Both the position numbers and the translations under genes were made by a program. A stretch of 64,000 bases of DNA from Rhodoferax sp. Its GTDB lineage: Bacteria; Pseudomonadota; Gammaproteobacteria; Burkholderiales; Burkholderiaceae_C. Under the pieces are notes generated by a model that worked only from the letters and a program-made list of their open reading frames with translations, searched no databases and was not told the origin of the DNA. The stretch is from the NCBI GenBank assembly GCA_049294595.1, contig JBAQDE010000023.1, positions 11,715 through 75,714 of the forward strand, read 5' to 3'. This document shows positions 25,992 to 35,609 of this stretch, in pieces (positions within the stretch are counted from its first letter, which is position 1; each line of letters starts with the position of its first letter).

Positions 25992-26414
25992 TTAGCGCAC
26001 CAGCAGGATCGGCACCTTGCAGTGGGCCAGGACCTGGGTCGCGACCGAGCCCATCACCAGGTTCACCACCGCACCGTGGCCGTGGGAGCCCATGACGACC
26101 AGATCGAACTTGCCGTCGCTGGCCAGCTTGGCGATGGCAGCGCCCGCGGGGCCGACCTTCCAGACCGATTTGGCATTGATGCCATGGCGCAGCAGGAACT
26201 TGCCCACTGGGGCCAGCACCTTTTCACTTTCCTCGGCGTAGTACTGATCCACCACCTCCTTGCCGACGGCGGCCCGCGCACGGGGTGGCAGCGCCGGCTG
26301 GGCGGTGAACACGGTGTATTCGTTGGCGCTGCTGAACAAGCCTTCGTGGGTGCTCAGGTAAGCCAGCATTTTTTTGCTGAAGGGGCTGCCGTCCACGGCC
26401 AGAAGAATCTTCAT
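25992..26414 (-). CDS. Universal stress protein (UspA family)
   Basis: 140 aa: MKILLAVDGS...VVMGSHGHGAVVNLVMGSVATQVLAHCKVPILLV. Confidence 0.85.
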   Translation of the reverse strand: MKILLAVDGSPFSKKMLAYLSTHEGLFSSANEYTVFTAQPALPPRARAAVGKEVVDQYYAEESEKVLAPVGKFLLRHGINAKSVWKVGPAGAAIAKLASDGKFDLVVMGSHGHGAVVNLVMGSVATQVLAHCKVPILLVR

Positions 26415-26498
26415 GCGCTACTCCTCAATACGAGGTGTTCAGTGTAACCAAGGGGCATGGCTCCAGGGAACGTATGGGGAATTGGGATACCCAAGAAT

Positions 26499-26549
26499 GC
26501 GCTATGAAAGTGATAGCTGAATGGTCTTGCTTCACGAGGGCTAGGTACC
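26499..26549 (-). repeat. Interspersed bipartite repeat, copy at the 3' end of the metallophosphoesterase gene
   Basis: On the + strand: GCTATGAAAGTGATAGC (26501-26517), 13 nt, TCACGAGGGC (26532-26541), TAGGTACC. The CDS stop codon (CTA on +) lies inside it. Confidence 0.75.
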
Positions 26550-27380
26550 AATTTCAATCAAAAGGCCTGGCTGGAATGCCGCTTGCTCGTTCTTGCGGGC
26601 GTAGCCCAGCGGATTGGCCACCACGCGGCAGCCCTGGTGGCGGTAGTCGCTGGGGGCGTGCAGATGGCCGTGCAGCCAGACCTGAGCCTGCGGCAGCAGG
26701 GCGTCCAGCGCATTGCAGAAACCGGCCGTGCCGGGGGTGTTGCCGTAGCGCGGGTCGGCACTGTGCAGGCTGGGGGCGAAATGGGTCACCGCCACCGTGG
26801 GGCCAGCAAAGGGCTGGGCCAGGGCCTGGCGCAACCAGTCCTGGCACAGCAGACCCTGCTCGCGCACGCCGTCGGCCAGCCAGGGTTCGCCGTGTCGCGT
26901 GGTCAGGGTCTTGCGCAGGTAGTAGTTGGCGGCACGAAAAGCCTTGTCGCGTGCCTTGAGTTGCTGGGCCAGCAGGTTGACCTTGGGATCGGACGGTGCG
27001 GTGGTCGATGTGGTGGGGCTGAGTGCATCAAAGTCCGACCACAGTGTGGTGCCGACAAAGCGCACCCCCGAGAGCACCATGGTCTCGCGTTCCAGCCAGA
27101 GCAGGCCCAGGCGTGCGCAGGTTTCGCGCAGGCGTGCGTGGGCGGCATCGAAATCCATGGCGTCGTATTCGTGGTTGCCGGGCACAAACAGCACCGGAGT
27201 CGGCCAGCCGTTGTGGGGTGAAAACTGGCCCAGGTCAAAGTCGGCATCGACGAGCTGGGAGTTGGTCTGGTAGGAGCCAATGTCCCCGGCCAGCACCAGC
27301 AGGTCGGCGCCCGGCGCTGGTTCGGCACGCCAGTGCGGGTGGGCTTCCAGGTGCAGGTCGGACAGGAGCTGGATTTTCAT
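26541..27380 (-). CDS. Metallophosphoesterase (calcineurin-like)
   Basis: Start trimmed to ATG 27380: MKIQLLSDLHLE...LVLAGDIG...VPGNHEY...GHLH motif series. The start overlaps the upstream LysR stop (ATGA). Confidence 0.8.
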   Translation of the reverse strand: MKIQLLSDLHLEAHPHWRAEPAPGADLLVLAGDIGSYQTNSQLVDADFDLGQFSPHNGWPTPVLFVPGNHEYDAMDFDAAHARLRETCARLGLLWLERETMVLSGVRFVGTTLWSDFDALSPTTSTTAPSDPKVNLLAQQLKARDKAFRAANYYLRKTLTTRHGEPWLADGVREQGLLCQDWLRQALAQPFAGPTVAVTHFAPSLHSADPRYGNTPGTAGFCNALDALLPQAQVWLHGHLHAPSDYRHQGCRVVANPLGYARKNEQAAFQPGLLIEIGT

Positions 27381-28336
27381 GGTGCGACAAAGGCCTGTTG
27401 TGCCAGCGCCGCCACCTGGGCGCGCAGCCAAGCGTGGGCGCTGGAGCTGTTCTGCCGCTGGTGCCACAAGGCGTCAATCTGGATGGCGGGCGAGGTGAAG
27501 GGCAACTCGCGCAGCACCAGCTGGTCGGCAAAGCCGGTCACGTTGACAAAGTGCCTTGGCAGCACGGCCAGCAGGTCGGAGTGCGTGACCACCTTGCCGG
27601 CGGTGAAGAACTGGTTGACGGTCAACACCACGCGCCGGGTGTGCCCCAGAGCGGCCAGGGCCTCGTCGATGAAGCCGTAGGCCCGTCCGGAAAAGCTCAC
27701 CAGCATATGGCGGGCCGCGCAGTAGCGCTCCAGCGTGAACGGCCCCCGCGCCAGCGGATGGCCCTTGCGCATGACGCAGACATAGTCGCCCTGGAACAGC
27801 CGGTGGTGCACAAACGCGACTACCTCGCCGGACTGGGCACGGGCCGTCAGGTCGGTGATGACAGCCGGGAAATTGCCAATGGCCAGGTCGGCGTGGCCCT
27901 CGTCGAGCAGGCGGCGCGGGTCGCGGGTGGTGAGTGGGACCACGCGCAGCGACACATCGGGTGCCTGCACGGCAAACAGCTCGACCAGGGGCGGCATCAG
28001 CTCGGCGGCCGTGGCGTCCGCCATGGTCAGCACAAAGGTGGTGGTGGCAGAGGCCGGCTCAAACGGGTGGGGCGCCAGCGCGGCCTGCAGGCGCTGCAAT
28101 GTGTCGCGCACGGCGGGCCACAGCTCCTGGCCGCGCGGGGTGGGCTCCAGCGTACGGCCCTTGCGCACCAGCAACTCATCGCCCAGGGTCTCGCGCAGGC
28201 GGCGCAGGGCGTTGCTGACGGCGGGCTGTGTCAGGGCCAGCAGCTCAGCCGCACGGGTCAGGCTGCGCTCGGACATGATCACGTCAAAGACCTTGAGCAG
28301 GTTCAGATCCAGGGTGCGCAGGTTGACGGAGTGCAT
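27377..28336 (-). CDS. LysR-family transcriptional regulator
   Basis: 319 aa. wHTH LNLLKVFDVIMSERSLTRAAELLALTQPAVSNALRRLRE. Confidence 0.85.
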   Translation of the reverse strand: MHSVNLRTLDLNLLKVFDVIMSERSLTRAAELLALTQPAVSNALRRLRETLGDELLVRKGRTLEPTPRGQELWPAVRDTLQRLQAALAPHPFEPASATTTFVLTMADATAAELMPPLVELFAVQAPDVSLRVVPLTTRDPRRLLDEGHADLAIGNFPAVITDLTARAQSGEVVAFVHHRLFQGDYVCVMRKGHPLARGPFTLERYCAARHMLVSFSGRAYGFIDEALAALGHTRRVVLTVNQFFTAGKVVTHSDLLAVLPRHFVNVTGFADQLVLRELPFTSPAIQIDALWHQRQNSSSAHAWLRAQVAALAQQAFVAP

Positions 28337-28464
28337 GGCGCATCATAAGTCTTGTGAATACAAGGCATCACCAACATAAAGTTGAATCATATTAGTAATA
28401 ACCCTAGTATCGGACCATGCTGACCCAGAAACCGTCCACATTGAACCCCACAAGGGAGATTGCC

Positions 28465-28884
28465 ATGGCACGTCCAACCCATCCGTATTTCGCATCTTCA
28501 TCCGCCGCGTCCGGCGCCGACCGTATCCGCGTGCAGCGCCAGGCGCAACCGCCCGTGCGCGACAACTCCCGCTCGCTGGCCGGCATGCTGCTCGCAGCGG
28601 TTGTCGCCGCCCTGCTGGTGGTTGCCGACCAACTGATCGAAACCTGGGCCGACGGCCACCTGCTGGTGGTCTGGGTGGCCCTGTGGTCCGTGGCGTTTGC
28701 TGCCTTGGCCCTACTGGCCCCGCCCCTGCGCCAGCTCGCCGACGCGGGTGGTGTGGTGCTGAACCGCTGGTCGCAGGCGCGTGCGCAGCGTCGCTCGGAC
28801 GATGCCATCTGGCAGGTCGCCCAGCAGGACCACCGCCTGATGCAGGAACTGGATGTGGCCCGCCTGCGAAACGAAAACGCCTGA
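28465..28884 (+). CDS. Hypothetical membrane protein (two predicted TM helices)
   Basis: ATG 28465 (MARPTHPYF...). Two hydrophobic stretches (LAGMLLAAVVAALLVVA, LLVVWVALWSVAFAALALLA). No family recognised. Confidence 0.5.
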   Translation: MARPTHPYFASSSAASGADRIRVQRQAQPPVRDNSRSLAGMLLAAVVAALLVVADQLIETWADGHLLVVWVALWSVAFAALALLAPPLRQLADAGGVVLNRWSQARAQRRSDDAIWQVAQQDHRLMQELDVARLRNENA

Positions 28885-28910
28885 TTTCGCAACAAACGGT
28901 TTCGGCCAAC

Positions 28911-28942
28911 AAAAAAGCCACCGCGCTGCGGTGGCTTTTTTT
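28911..28942. terminator. Bidirectional rho-independent terminator between convergent genes
   Basis: AAAAAAGCCACCGCGCTGCGGTGGCTTTTTTT: a 9-bp GC-rich stem flanked by an A run and a T run. Confidence 0.85.
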
Positions 28943-28958
28943 ATGGTTCGCCGGGTGA

Positions 28959-30845
28959 TCAGGCGGTCAGAAGTTGCTCCAGCTTGGCCTTGGTTTCGAC
29001 CAGTTCCTTGGGCAGGTGGTAGGCCAACTGGGTGAACAGTTCGTCGTGCAGGGCAAATTCCTGCTTCCAGGCGCCCTTGTCCAGGCTGGTCACGCTGTCG
29101 AACTGGGCCTGGCTGAAATCCAGACCGGTCCAGTTGATTTCGGCGTAGGCGGGGCTCACGCCAAAGCCATTCTCGACACCGGCAGCCGTGCCTTCCAGGC
29201 GGTCGATCATCCACTTCAGCACGCGCATGTTGTCGCCATAGCCAGGCCAGACGAACTTGCCGTCGTCGCCCTTGCGGAACCAGTTCACGCAATAGATCTT
29301 GGGCAGGGTGTGGCCGGATTCTTCGAGCTTGTGCTCCATGTCCAGCCAGTGCTGGAAGTAGTCGCTCATGTTGTAGCCGCAGAACGGCAGCATGGCAAAC
29401 GGGTCGCGGCGCACCACGCCCATCTGGCCGACGGCTGCGGCGGTGGTTTCGGAACCCATGGTGGCGGCCATGTAGACGCCTTCCATCCAGGTGCGGGCTT
29501 CAGTGACCAATGGAACCGTGGTGGAGCGGCGGCCGCCGAAGATGAAGGCGTCGATTGCCACGCCATTGGGGTTGTCCCACTCGGAGTCCAGTGCCGGGTT
29601 GTTGGTGGCGGCGACCGTGAAACGCGAATTGGGGTGGGCGGCCTTGGCGCCGGTTTCCTTGGCGATGGCCGGAGTCCAGTCCTTGCCCTGCCAGTCAATC
29701 AGGTGGTCGGGGAACGTGCCGGTGTCTTTCTCCATGCCTTCCCACCAGACGTCGCCGTCATCGGTCAGGGCCACGTTGGTGAAGATCACGTTCTTGTCCA
29801 GGCTGCGCATGCAGTTGGGGTTGGTGTGCATGTTGGTGCCAGGGGCCACGCCGAAATAGCCGGCTTCGGGGTTGATGGCGTACATCTTGCCGTCGGCATG
29901 GGGTTTGACCCAGGCGATGTCGTCACCGATGGTGGTGACCTTCCAGCCAGCGAAACCGGCTTCCGGCGGCACCAGCATCGAGAAGTTGGTCTTGCCGCAG
30001 GCGCTTGGGAAGGCGGCAGCGACGTGGTATTTCTTGCCCTGGGGGTTGGTCACGCCCAGAATCAGCATGTGCTCGGCCAGCCAGCCCTGGTCGCGGCCCA
30101 TGTTGGAGGCGATGCGCAGCGCGAAGCACTTCTTGCCCAGCAGCGCGTTGCCGCCGTAGCCGGAGCCGTAGGACCAGATTTCGCGGGTCTCGGGGTAGTG
30201 CACGATGTACTTGGTCTTGTTGCAGGGCCATTTCACATCGGCCTGGCCGGCTTCCAGCGGTGCGCCCACGGTGTGCACGCAGGGCACAAACGCACCGTCC
30301 ACGCCCAGCACGTCGTACACGGCCTTGCCCATGCGGGTCATGATGCGCTGGTTCACTGCCACATAGGCGCTGTCGGACAGCTCAATGCCGATGTGGGCAA
30401 TGTGCGAACCCAGCGGGCCCATGGAGAACGGCACCACATACATGGTGCGGCCCTTCATGCAGCCGTCAAACAGGGCCTTTTCGCCATCCTTGCCGGTTTG
30501 CAGCAGGGCGCGCATGTCGGCAGGAGCCATCCAGTTGTTGGTCGGGCCGGCGTTTTCCTTCTTCTCGGAACAGATGTAGGTGCGGTCTTCCACGCGGGCC
30601 ACGTCGCTGGGGTCGGAGCAGGCCAGGAAGGAATTGGGGCGCTTGGCGGGGTTGAGCTTTTTGAAGGTGCCACCGTCAACCAGTTGCTGGCACAGGCGCT
30701 GGTATTCCTCTTCCGAACCGTCGCACCAGTAGATGGCAGCGGGTTTGGTCAGTGCGGCCATGTCGGCCACCCAGGCAATCAGCTTGGGATTCTTGACGTA
30801 GCTGGGCGTGTTGAGATTCAAGCCCTGCATCACGGGTGCGTTCAT
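28959..30845 (-). CDS. pckG: Phosphoenolpyruvate carboxykinase (GTP)
   Basis: 628 aa. GTP-PEPCK signatures ([43 protein letters not shown]). Confidence 0.9.
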   Translation of the reverse strand: MNAPVMQGLNLNTPSYVKNPKLIAWVADMAALTKPAAIYWCDGSEEEYQRLCQQLVDGGTFKKLNPAKRPNSFLACSDPSDVARVEDRTYICSEKKENAGPTNNWMAPADMRALLQTGKDGEKALFDGCMKGRTMYVVPFSMGPLGSHIAHIGIELSDSAYVAVNQRIMTRMGKAVYDVLGVDGAFVPCVHTVGAPLEAGQADVKWPCNKTKYIVHYPETREIWSYGSGYGGNALLGKKCFALRIASNMGRDQGWLAEHMLILGVTNPQGKKYHVAAAFPSACGKTNFSMLVPPEAGFAGWKVTTIGDDIAWVKPHADGKMYAINPEAGYFGVAPGTNMHTNPNCMRSLDKNVIFTNVALTDDGDVWWEGMEKDTGTFPDHLIDWQGKDWTPAIAKETGAKAAHPNSRFTVAATNNPALDSEWDNPNGVAIDAFIFGGRRSTTVPLVTEARTWMEGVYMAATMGSETTAAAVGQMGVVRRDPFAMLPFCGYNMSDYFQHWLDMEHKLEESGHTLPKIYCVNWFRKGDDGKFVWPGYGDNMRVLKWMIDRLEGTAAGVENGFGVSPAYAEINWTGLDFSQAQFDSVTSLDKGAWKQEFALHDELFTQLAYHLPKELVETKAKLEQLLTA

Positions 30846-31016
30846 AAGTAAGCTCCTAGTTTGAAAATCGTCTTTTCAAAATGAAAGTGGGGCTTTGACT
30901 TTGAGAAAACGGCTTCCAGCCAACTACGGATGCGTGGATCCCGATGTGTCGCACGGAAAAGTGGGGCAAGTCCTCTATTTTAAGAATCGGTACCGCGGTT
31001 ACATGTAAGACTCACG

Positions 31017-31059
31017 CAAAATCCATGCAAAACTTGCATAGGGTTATGCATGGATTTTG
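31017..31059. promoter_or_regulatory. Nested palindrome upstream of pckG (candidate operator)
   Basis: CAAAATCCATGCA (31017-31029) and TGCATGGATTTTG (31047-31059) are perfect 13-bp inverted arms. The inner ATGCAAaacTTGCAT (31025-31039) is itself palindromic. Confidence 0.5.
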
Positions 31060-31207
31060 ACCGGTCTGTGGGGTGGGGAATGATCCGGGCGTGCCAAAGC
31101 CTGCGCGGTTCGCGCAGGCAGTGACAAAGCTTCGAGGGGAAGGATTGGGGTCGTCACGCGGGCGCAATGCCGCGGAAACCTGAGAAAGCGAAACCGGCTG
31201 CAGGCGC

Positions 31208-31348
31208 TCAGGCCATGGACACGGCAATAAAAGCCAGCAAAAAGATCAGCACACCGCCCACGACCGGCAGCACAAAGGGAATCAGCGGAACAATGGCTTC
31301 AACCGGGTCGACGGCCTGGCCGGGCGCATGGGAAGTAGGTGCGGACAT
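31208..31348 (-). CDS. Possible 46-aa single-TM small protein (below the ORF-track cutoff)
   Basis: My own translation: MSAPTSHAPGQAVDPVEAIVPLIPFVLPVVGGVLIFLLAFIAVSMA*. GAAAGAA lies upstream of the ATG. About 80 nt downstream of ilvA on the same strand. Confidence 0.3.
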   Translation of the reverse strand: MSAPTSHAPGQAVDPVEAIVPLIPFVLPVVGGVLIFLLAFIAVSMA

Positions 31349-31428
31349 GGGGGTTCTTTCAATACAGGATGGAAATTGCGGCTGATTCTACCGAGAAGGC
31401 TGTTCTCTTGCTGGGAAGGGCTACCGCC

Positions 31429-32628
31429 CTAGCCGAGTTGGGCGTCAAAACCGGCCCGGTGCAACACTTCCAGCACCTCGGTCACATGGGCATGACCCCG
31501 GGTCTGCACGACCAGTTCGATTTCGGCGTTTTGCACGGAGAGCGTCGTGAAGGCGCGCTGGTGGTGCACCTCCTCGATATTGGCACCGGCCTCGGCCACC
31601 GTGGCGGTGATGCGCGCCAGCGAGCCCGGCACGTCGCGGGCCCCAACCCGGATGCGTGCCAGCCGTCCGGCGCGGACCATGCCGCGTTCGATGATGGCCG
31701 CCAGCAGCAGCGGGTCGATGTTGCCGCCGCACAGAACCAAGCCGACGCGTTTGCCCTTGAAGCGTTCCGGGTATTTCAGCAGGGCAGCCAGGCCGACGGC
31801 GCCGGCACCTTCGACCAGCGTCTTTTCCACCTCCAGCAGCATGACCAGGGCCTGTTCGATGTCGCCTTCATCCACCAGCAGCAGGTCATCCACCCGCTGG
31901 CGGATGATGTCCATCGGGATGCGTCCGGGCGTGCCCACGGCAATGCCCTCGGCAATGCTGCTGCTGCCCTGCGGGTGGTGGGTGCCCTTGATGGCGTTGA
32001 ACATGGCCGGAAAGCGTGAGGTCTGCACGCCCACCACTTCCATCTTCGGATGCAGGGCCTTGGCCACGGTGGCCATGCCGGAGATCAGTCCGCCACCGCC
32101 AATGGCAATCACCAGCGCGTCCAGATCCGGTATATCCTGCAGCATCTCCAATGCGATGGTGCCTTGTCCGGCGGCGATGGCCTCGTCATCGTAAGGGTGG
32201 ACAAAGGTGAGCTGGCGCGCTTCGGCCAGCGCGTAGGCGTGGGCTCTTGCCTCTTCCAGCGTGTCGCCATGCAGGATGACCTCGGCTCCAAAGCCGCGGG
32301 TGCGCTCAACCTTGACGCCTGGCGTGAAGCGCGGCATGACGATGACGGCGTGCAGTCCCAGGCGTTGGGCGTGGTAAGCCACACCTTGGGCATGGTTACC
32401 CGCACTCATGGCGATGACACCGCGCGTCGACTGTTCAGGCGTCAGCTGGGCCAGCTTGTTGCAGGCGCCGCGCTCCTTGAACGAGGCGGTGAACTGCAGG
32501 TTTTCGAATTTCAGATACACCTGGGCGCCAGTGATGTCGGACAGGGTCTGGGAGGCCACGCAGGGTGTGCGCAGCACATGGCCGTGGAGCCGTTGTGCGG
32601 CTGCAAGGATGTCGTCGTATTCAATCAT
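31429..32628 (-). CDS. ilvA: Threonine ammonia-lyase (PLP-dependent, single C-terminal regulatory domain)
   Basis: MIEYDDILAAAQRLHGHVLRTPC...KFENLQFTASFKERGA (PLP lysine motif), GGGGLISG. Start ATG 32628 is preferred; ATG 32664 is possible. The longer ORF to 32769 was rejected because it overlaps the divergent AAA+ gene. Confidence 0.8.
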   Translation of the reverse strand: MIEYDDILAAAQRLHGHVLRTPCVASQTLSDITGAQVYLKFENLQFTASFKERGACNKLAQLTPEQSTRGVIAMSAGNHAQGVAYHAQRLGLHAVIVMPRFTPGVKVERTRGFGAEVILHGDTLEEARAHAYALAEARQLTFVHPYDDEAIAAGQGTIALEMLQDIPDLDALVIAIGGGGLISGMATVAKALHPKMEVVGVQTSRFPAMFNAIKGTHHPQGSSSIAEGIAVGTPGRIPMDIIRQRVDDLLLVDEGDIEQALVMLLEVEKTLVEGAGAVGLAALLKYPERFKGKRVGLVLCGGNIDPLLLAAIIERGMVRAGRLARIRVGARDVPGSLARITATVAEAGANIEEVHHQRAFTTLSVQNAEIELVVQTRGHAHVTEVLEVLHRAGFDAQLG

Positions 32629-32761
32629 CCCGCCATTGTGCTGATATTTTGCGGCTTGGTGCATGTCCCTGGCGCGCACCTGAAAACTTTTGCCGGGACT
32701 TCCATAGCACGCCAGTCTGGGGTATGGTGGCCTCCGTACGCAACTGCGTTGGAGGCGTTGG

Positions 32762-35089
32762 ATGGCCAAGCGTTCGCTGACTCAGCCCTTGGGCGCTCAC
32801 CTGATTCCCTCACCGGGCCTGCTGGAAGCGCCCGTGCTGGATCTGATGTGTTCCCACTTTGTATTGACCCTGGCGGCACGCCAGGGCTCCAGCCTGAACG
32901 TGCGCCGTGATTTCAACGGCATCGTGGGGCTGGCCGGGCGCCATCTGGTGTGGCCGGTGTCGGTGCTGTCGCGGCTGCGCGAATTCCTGGCCCGCCGATG
33001 TGGCAGCAACGAGCTGTGGCGTGGCCACGAGGCGCTGGACGCCACCGAGTTTCTGGCCCGCCATGGTGCCTGGCGTGGTCCGTACGACGAAGCCACGCTG
33101 TACTTCTTTCTCGACGAATACGCCAAGGACCAGCCGCGCGACCTGATCTCGGTTCTGAGTGTGACCGGCGAATGGCTGAGCCACTCCCTCAAGCGCCAGT
33201 CCACGCTGGTGGAAAAGAATATCAATGCCCTGGCCGGCCTGCTGCAGTTGAACAAGGCCGAGCGGGCCTTGTTGCTCTACGGCACGCTGGCGCGCTACCA
33301 GCGCGACATGCGCAGCATCCTGGTTGAATTCAAGGTCAACAATGCGCCTGAGGCTTATGCGGCGATTGCCGAAGTTGCCCACGTCAACCCGGACCAGGTG
33401 GCCGAAGCCCTGCGTGCCGGCTCCCGGCTGGAGCGCATCGGGCTGGTGGAAAACCTGATTTCCGAGCACAACATCACCGACCTGGCCGACCTGATGAAGG
33501 TCAGCGAAAAGCTGCCGCCGGTTCTGATGCGCCAGTACCGCGACCAGGCCGAGCTGATGGCCGTATTCACCCGCCTGTCCACCAAAAGCACGTTGGCGCT
33601 GGAGGACTTTGCCTTTGTGGCCGAAGACGTCGAGGTGCTGTGCTCGCTGCTGGCCAATGCGGTCAGCCGGCAGGAAGTCGGCATCAATGTGCTGCTCTAC
33701 GGCCCTCCCGGCACGGGCAAGACCGAGCTGGCCAAGGTCGTGGCGCAGTCGGCCGGGCTGGAACTGTTCGAGGTGGAGTACGCCGACCGGGATGGCAACT
33801 CCCTGAGTGGCCGCGACCGCTACCGCTCCCTGCAGATTGCCCAGGTTTTTCTGAAAGGCAGCGCCCAGGCAGCCCTGCTGTTTGACGAGGTGGAGGATGT
33901 GTTTCCCCCGCTCTCCAGCGAGGCCGCACAGTGGATGGCGCGGGCTGAAACCAAGGTAGCGCCGGGCAACAGCAGCGTCAGCGGCAAGGCCTGGGTCAAT
34001 CAGGTGCTGGAATCCAACGTGGTCCCCACGATCTGGGTCACCAACCGCATCGAGCAGATCGACCCGGCATTCCGGCGCCGCTTTGCCTACCACCTGGAGC
34101 TCAAATCGCCGCCGCCCGGCGCACGCGAAGAACTGGTGCGCAAGACGCTGACGGGCGTGGCCGTGTCCGACGCCTTTGTGGCCCGGTTGACCAGCCGCAA
34201 GGGGCTGACCCCCGCGCAAATCCGAACGGCCGCGCGGTTTGCCGGGTTGGCCAGCGGCAACGCCGACCCGCAAGCCTCCGGCGGGCTGGAGGCCCTGATG
34301 GAGCGACAACTCCGGAATGCGGACCAGGCCCTGGGCAACCGTGCGTCCGACGGCGTTCGTGCTGCGGCCAGCAGCACCTATGACCTGGGCCTGCTGAATG
34401 TCAAAAGCCGCTTTGATATTCCGCGCGTGGTGCAGGCACTGCAGGCGCGGGGGCATGGAACCCTGTGCTTTTTCGGCCCCCCAGGCACCGGCAAGACGGC
34501 GCTGGCAGAACACATTGCCGGCACGCTGGCCCAGCCCCTGCACATCCGCCAGGCCAGCGACCTGATGAGCAAATACGTGGGGGAGACCGAACAGAACATG
34601 GCAGCCATGTTCCGCGAGGCCGAGACAGAGAACGCCATCCTGTTGCTGGACGAGGCCGACAGCTTTCTTCAGGACCGCCGTGGCGCCCAGCGCAGCTACG
34701 AAGTGTCCGAGGTCAACGAAATGCTGCAGGGCATGGAGCGTTTTCGCGGCATTTTCATCTGCACCACCAACCTGATGGACCGCATCGACCAGGCGGCGTT
34801 GCGCCGGTTCACCTTCAAGATCCAGTTCCAGCCGCTGAGCCGGGCCCAGCGGTTGGCCCTGTTTGTGACCGAGGCCTGCGCGGGGGACCCGACGGGCCTG
34901 GAGCCCGCTCGCGAGCAGCGGCTGGCGAATCTGGACCAGCTCTGCGTCGGGGACTTTGCGGCCGTCAAACGCCAGGCCCTGATCCTGGACCTGAGGATGA
35001 CCCCGGACGAGTTTCTGGAGCAGCTGGAGGCCGAGCACCGCATCAAACCCGAGGTGCGGGAGGGACGCAACATGGGCTTCTTGCAGTAG
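32762..35089 (+). CDS. ATPase with two classical AAA+ modules and an uncharacterised N-terminal region of about 300 aa
   Basis: 775 aa. Module 1: LLYGPPGTGKTELA, LLFDEVED. Module 2: CFFGPPGTGKTALA, ILLLDEADSF, FICTTN, ALRRF. Confidence 0.8.
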   Translation: MAKRSLTQPLGAHLIPSPGLLEAPVLDLMCSHFVLTLAARQGSSLNVRRDFNGIVGLAGRHLVWPVSVLSRLREFLARRCGSNELWRGHEALDATEFLARHGAWRGPYDEATLYFFLDEYAKDQPRDLISVLSVTGEWLSHSLKRQSTLVEKNINALAGLLQLNKAERALLLYGTLARYQRDMRSILVEFKVNNAPEAYAAIAEVAHVNPDQVAEALRAGSRLERIGLVENLISEHNITDLADLMKVSEKLPPVLMRQYRDQAELMAVFTRLSTKSTLALEDFAFVAEDVEVLCSLLANAVSRQEVGINVLLYGPPGTGKTELAKVVAQSAGLELFEVEYADRDGNSLSGRDRYRSLQIAQVFLKGSAQAALLFDEVEDVFPPLSSEAAQWMARAETKVAPGNSSVSGKAWVNQVLESNVVPTIWVTNRIEQIDPAFRRRFAYHLELKSPPPGAREELVRKTLTGVAVSDAFVARLTSRKGLTPAQIRTAARFAGLASGNADPQASGGLEALMERQLRNADQALGNRASDGVRAAASSTYDLGLLNVKSRFDIPRVVQALQARGHGTLCFFGPPGTGKTALAEHIAGTLAQPLHIRQASDLMSKYVGETEQNMAAMFREAETENAILLLDEADSFLQDRRGAQRSYEVSEVNEMLQGMERFRGIFICTTNLMDRIDQAALRRFTFKIQFQPLSRAQRLALFVTEACAGDPTGLEPAREQRLANLDQLCVGDFAAVKRQALILDLRMTPDEFLEQLEAEHRIKPEVREGRNMGFLQ

Positions 35090-35113
35090 TTCTGCCCCGG
35101 CGCAGAAGTTTTT
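35089..35113 (+). terminator. Rho-independent terminator after the AAA+ gene
   Basis: TTCTGC-cccggc-GCAGAA followed by GTTTTTT, starting at the stop codon. Confidence 0.6.
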
Positions 35114-35245
35114 TCAGACCGTGTCAACCGTTCGACGGGGTCATCCGTCATAGGTGGAAGCGGACGCCAACCCGGCGCCAAAACGGTACTCCAACCGTCC
35201 GGCAGCCCGAAAAGCGTCCTTGTTTCACCATTTTGACCTGCTGAC

Positions 35246-35545
35246 ATGAACAAAGCGACGATCAAGGTTCCCGAAAAAGGCACTTACCAATGGCAACTGT
35301 TTGACTACTGGTCTGACGAATTCCGTCATACCAATGCCGACCATTCCGCCTATATCGCGCTGAACTTCGCCGGCGTTCTGGACGCCTGCCGTACCAAGCT
35401 GCAGACCCTGATCCAGCACCACAGCCAGCATCTGCAGGATGCCAAGGGTGGCAAGTGCCACCGCCGGGCCATTGCCCGCCTGCAAAATACGATGTCCGGC
35501 GCGGCCATGTCCTACGAAAACTGCTTCCGCCACCGCACTGCCTAG
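35246..35545 (+). CDS. Hypothetical 99-aa protein
   Basis: The ORF has coding-like third-position bias. No recognisable motif and no obvious SD. Confidence 0.4.
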   Translation: MNKATIKVPEKGTYQWQLFDYWSDEFRHTNADHSAYIALNFAGVLDACRTKLQTLIQHHSQHLQDAKGGKCHRRAIARLQNTMSGAAMSYENCFRHRTA

Positions 35546-35609
35546 CCCCCAGGGGCCGCGTTTGGCAAAACCCCAAGTCCACACCGTGGGGCGGCCCGGC
35601 GGTGAAACC

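Noticed and set aside
31167-31385. 72-aa + strand ORF in the ilvA-pckG gap
   Set aside because: No SD, Thr/Gly/Ala-rich low-complexity translation, and it overlaps a more plausible (though still weak) minus-strand small TM ORF.
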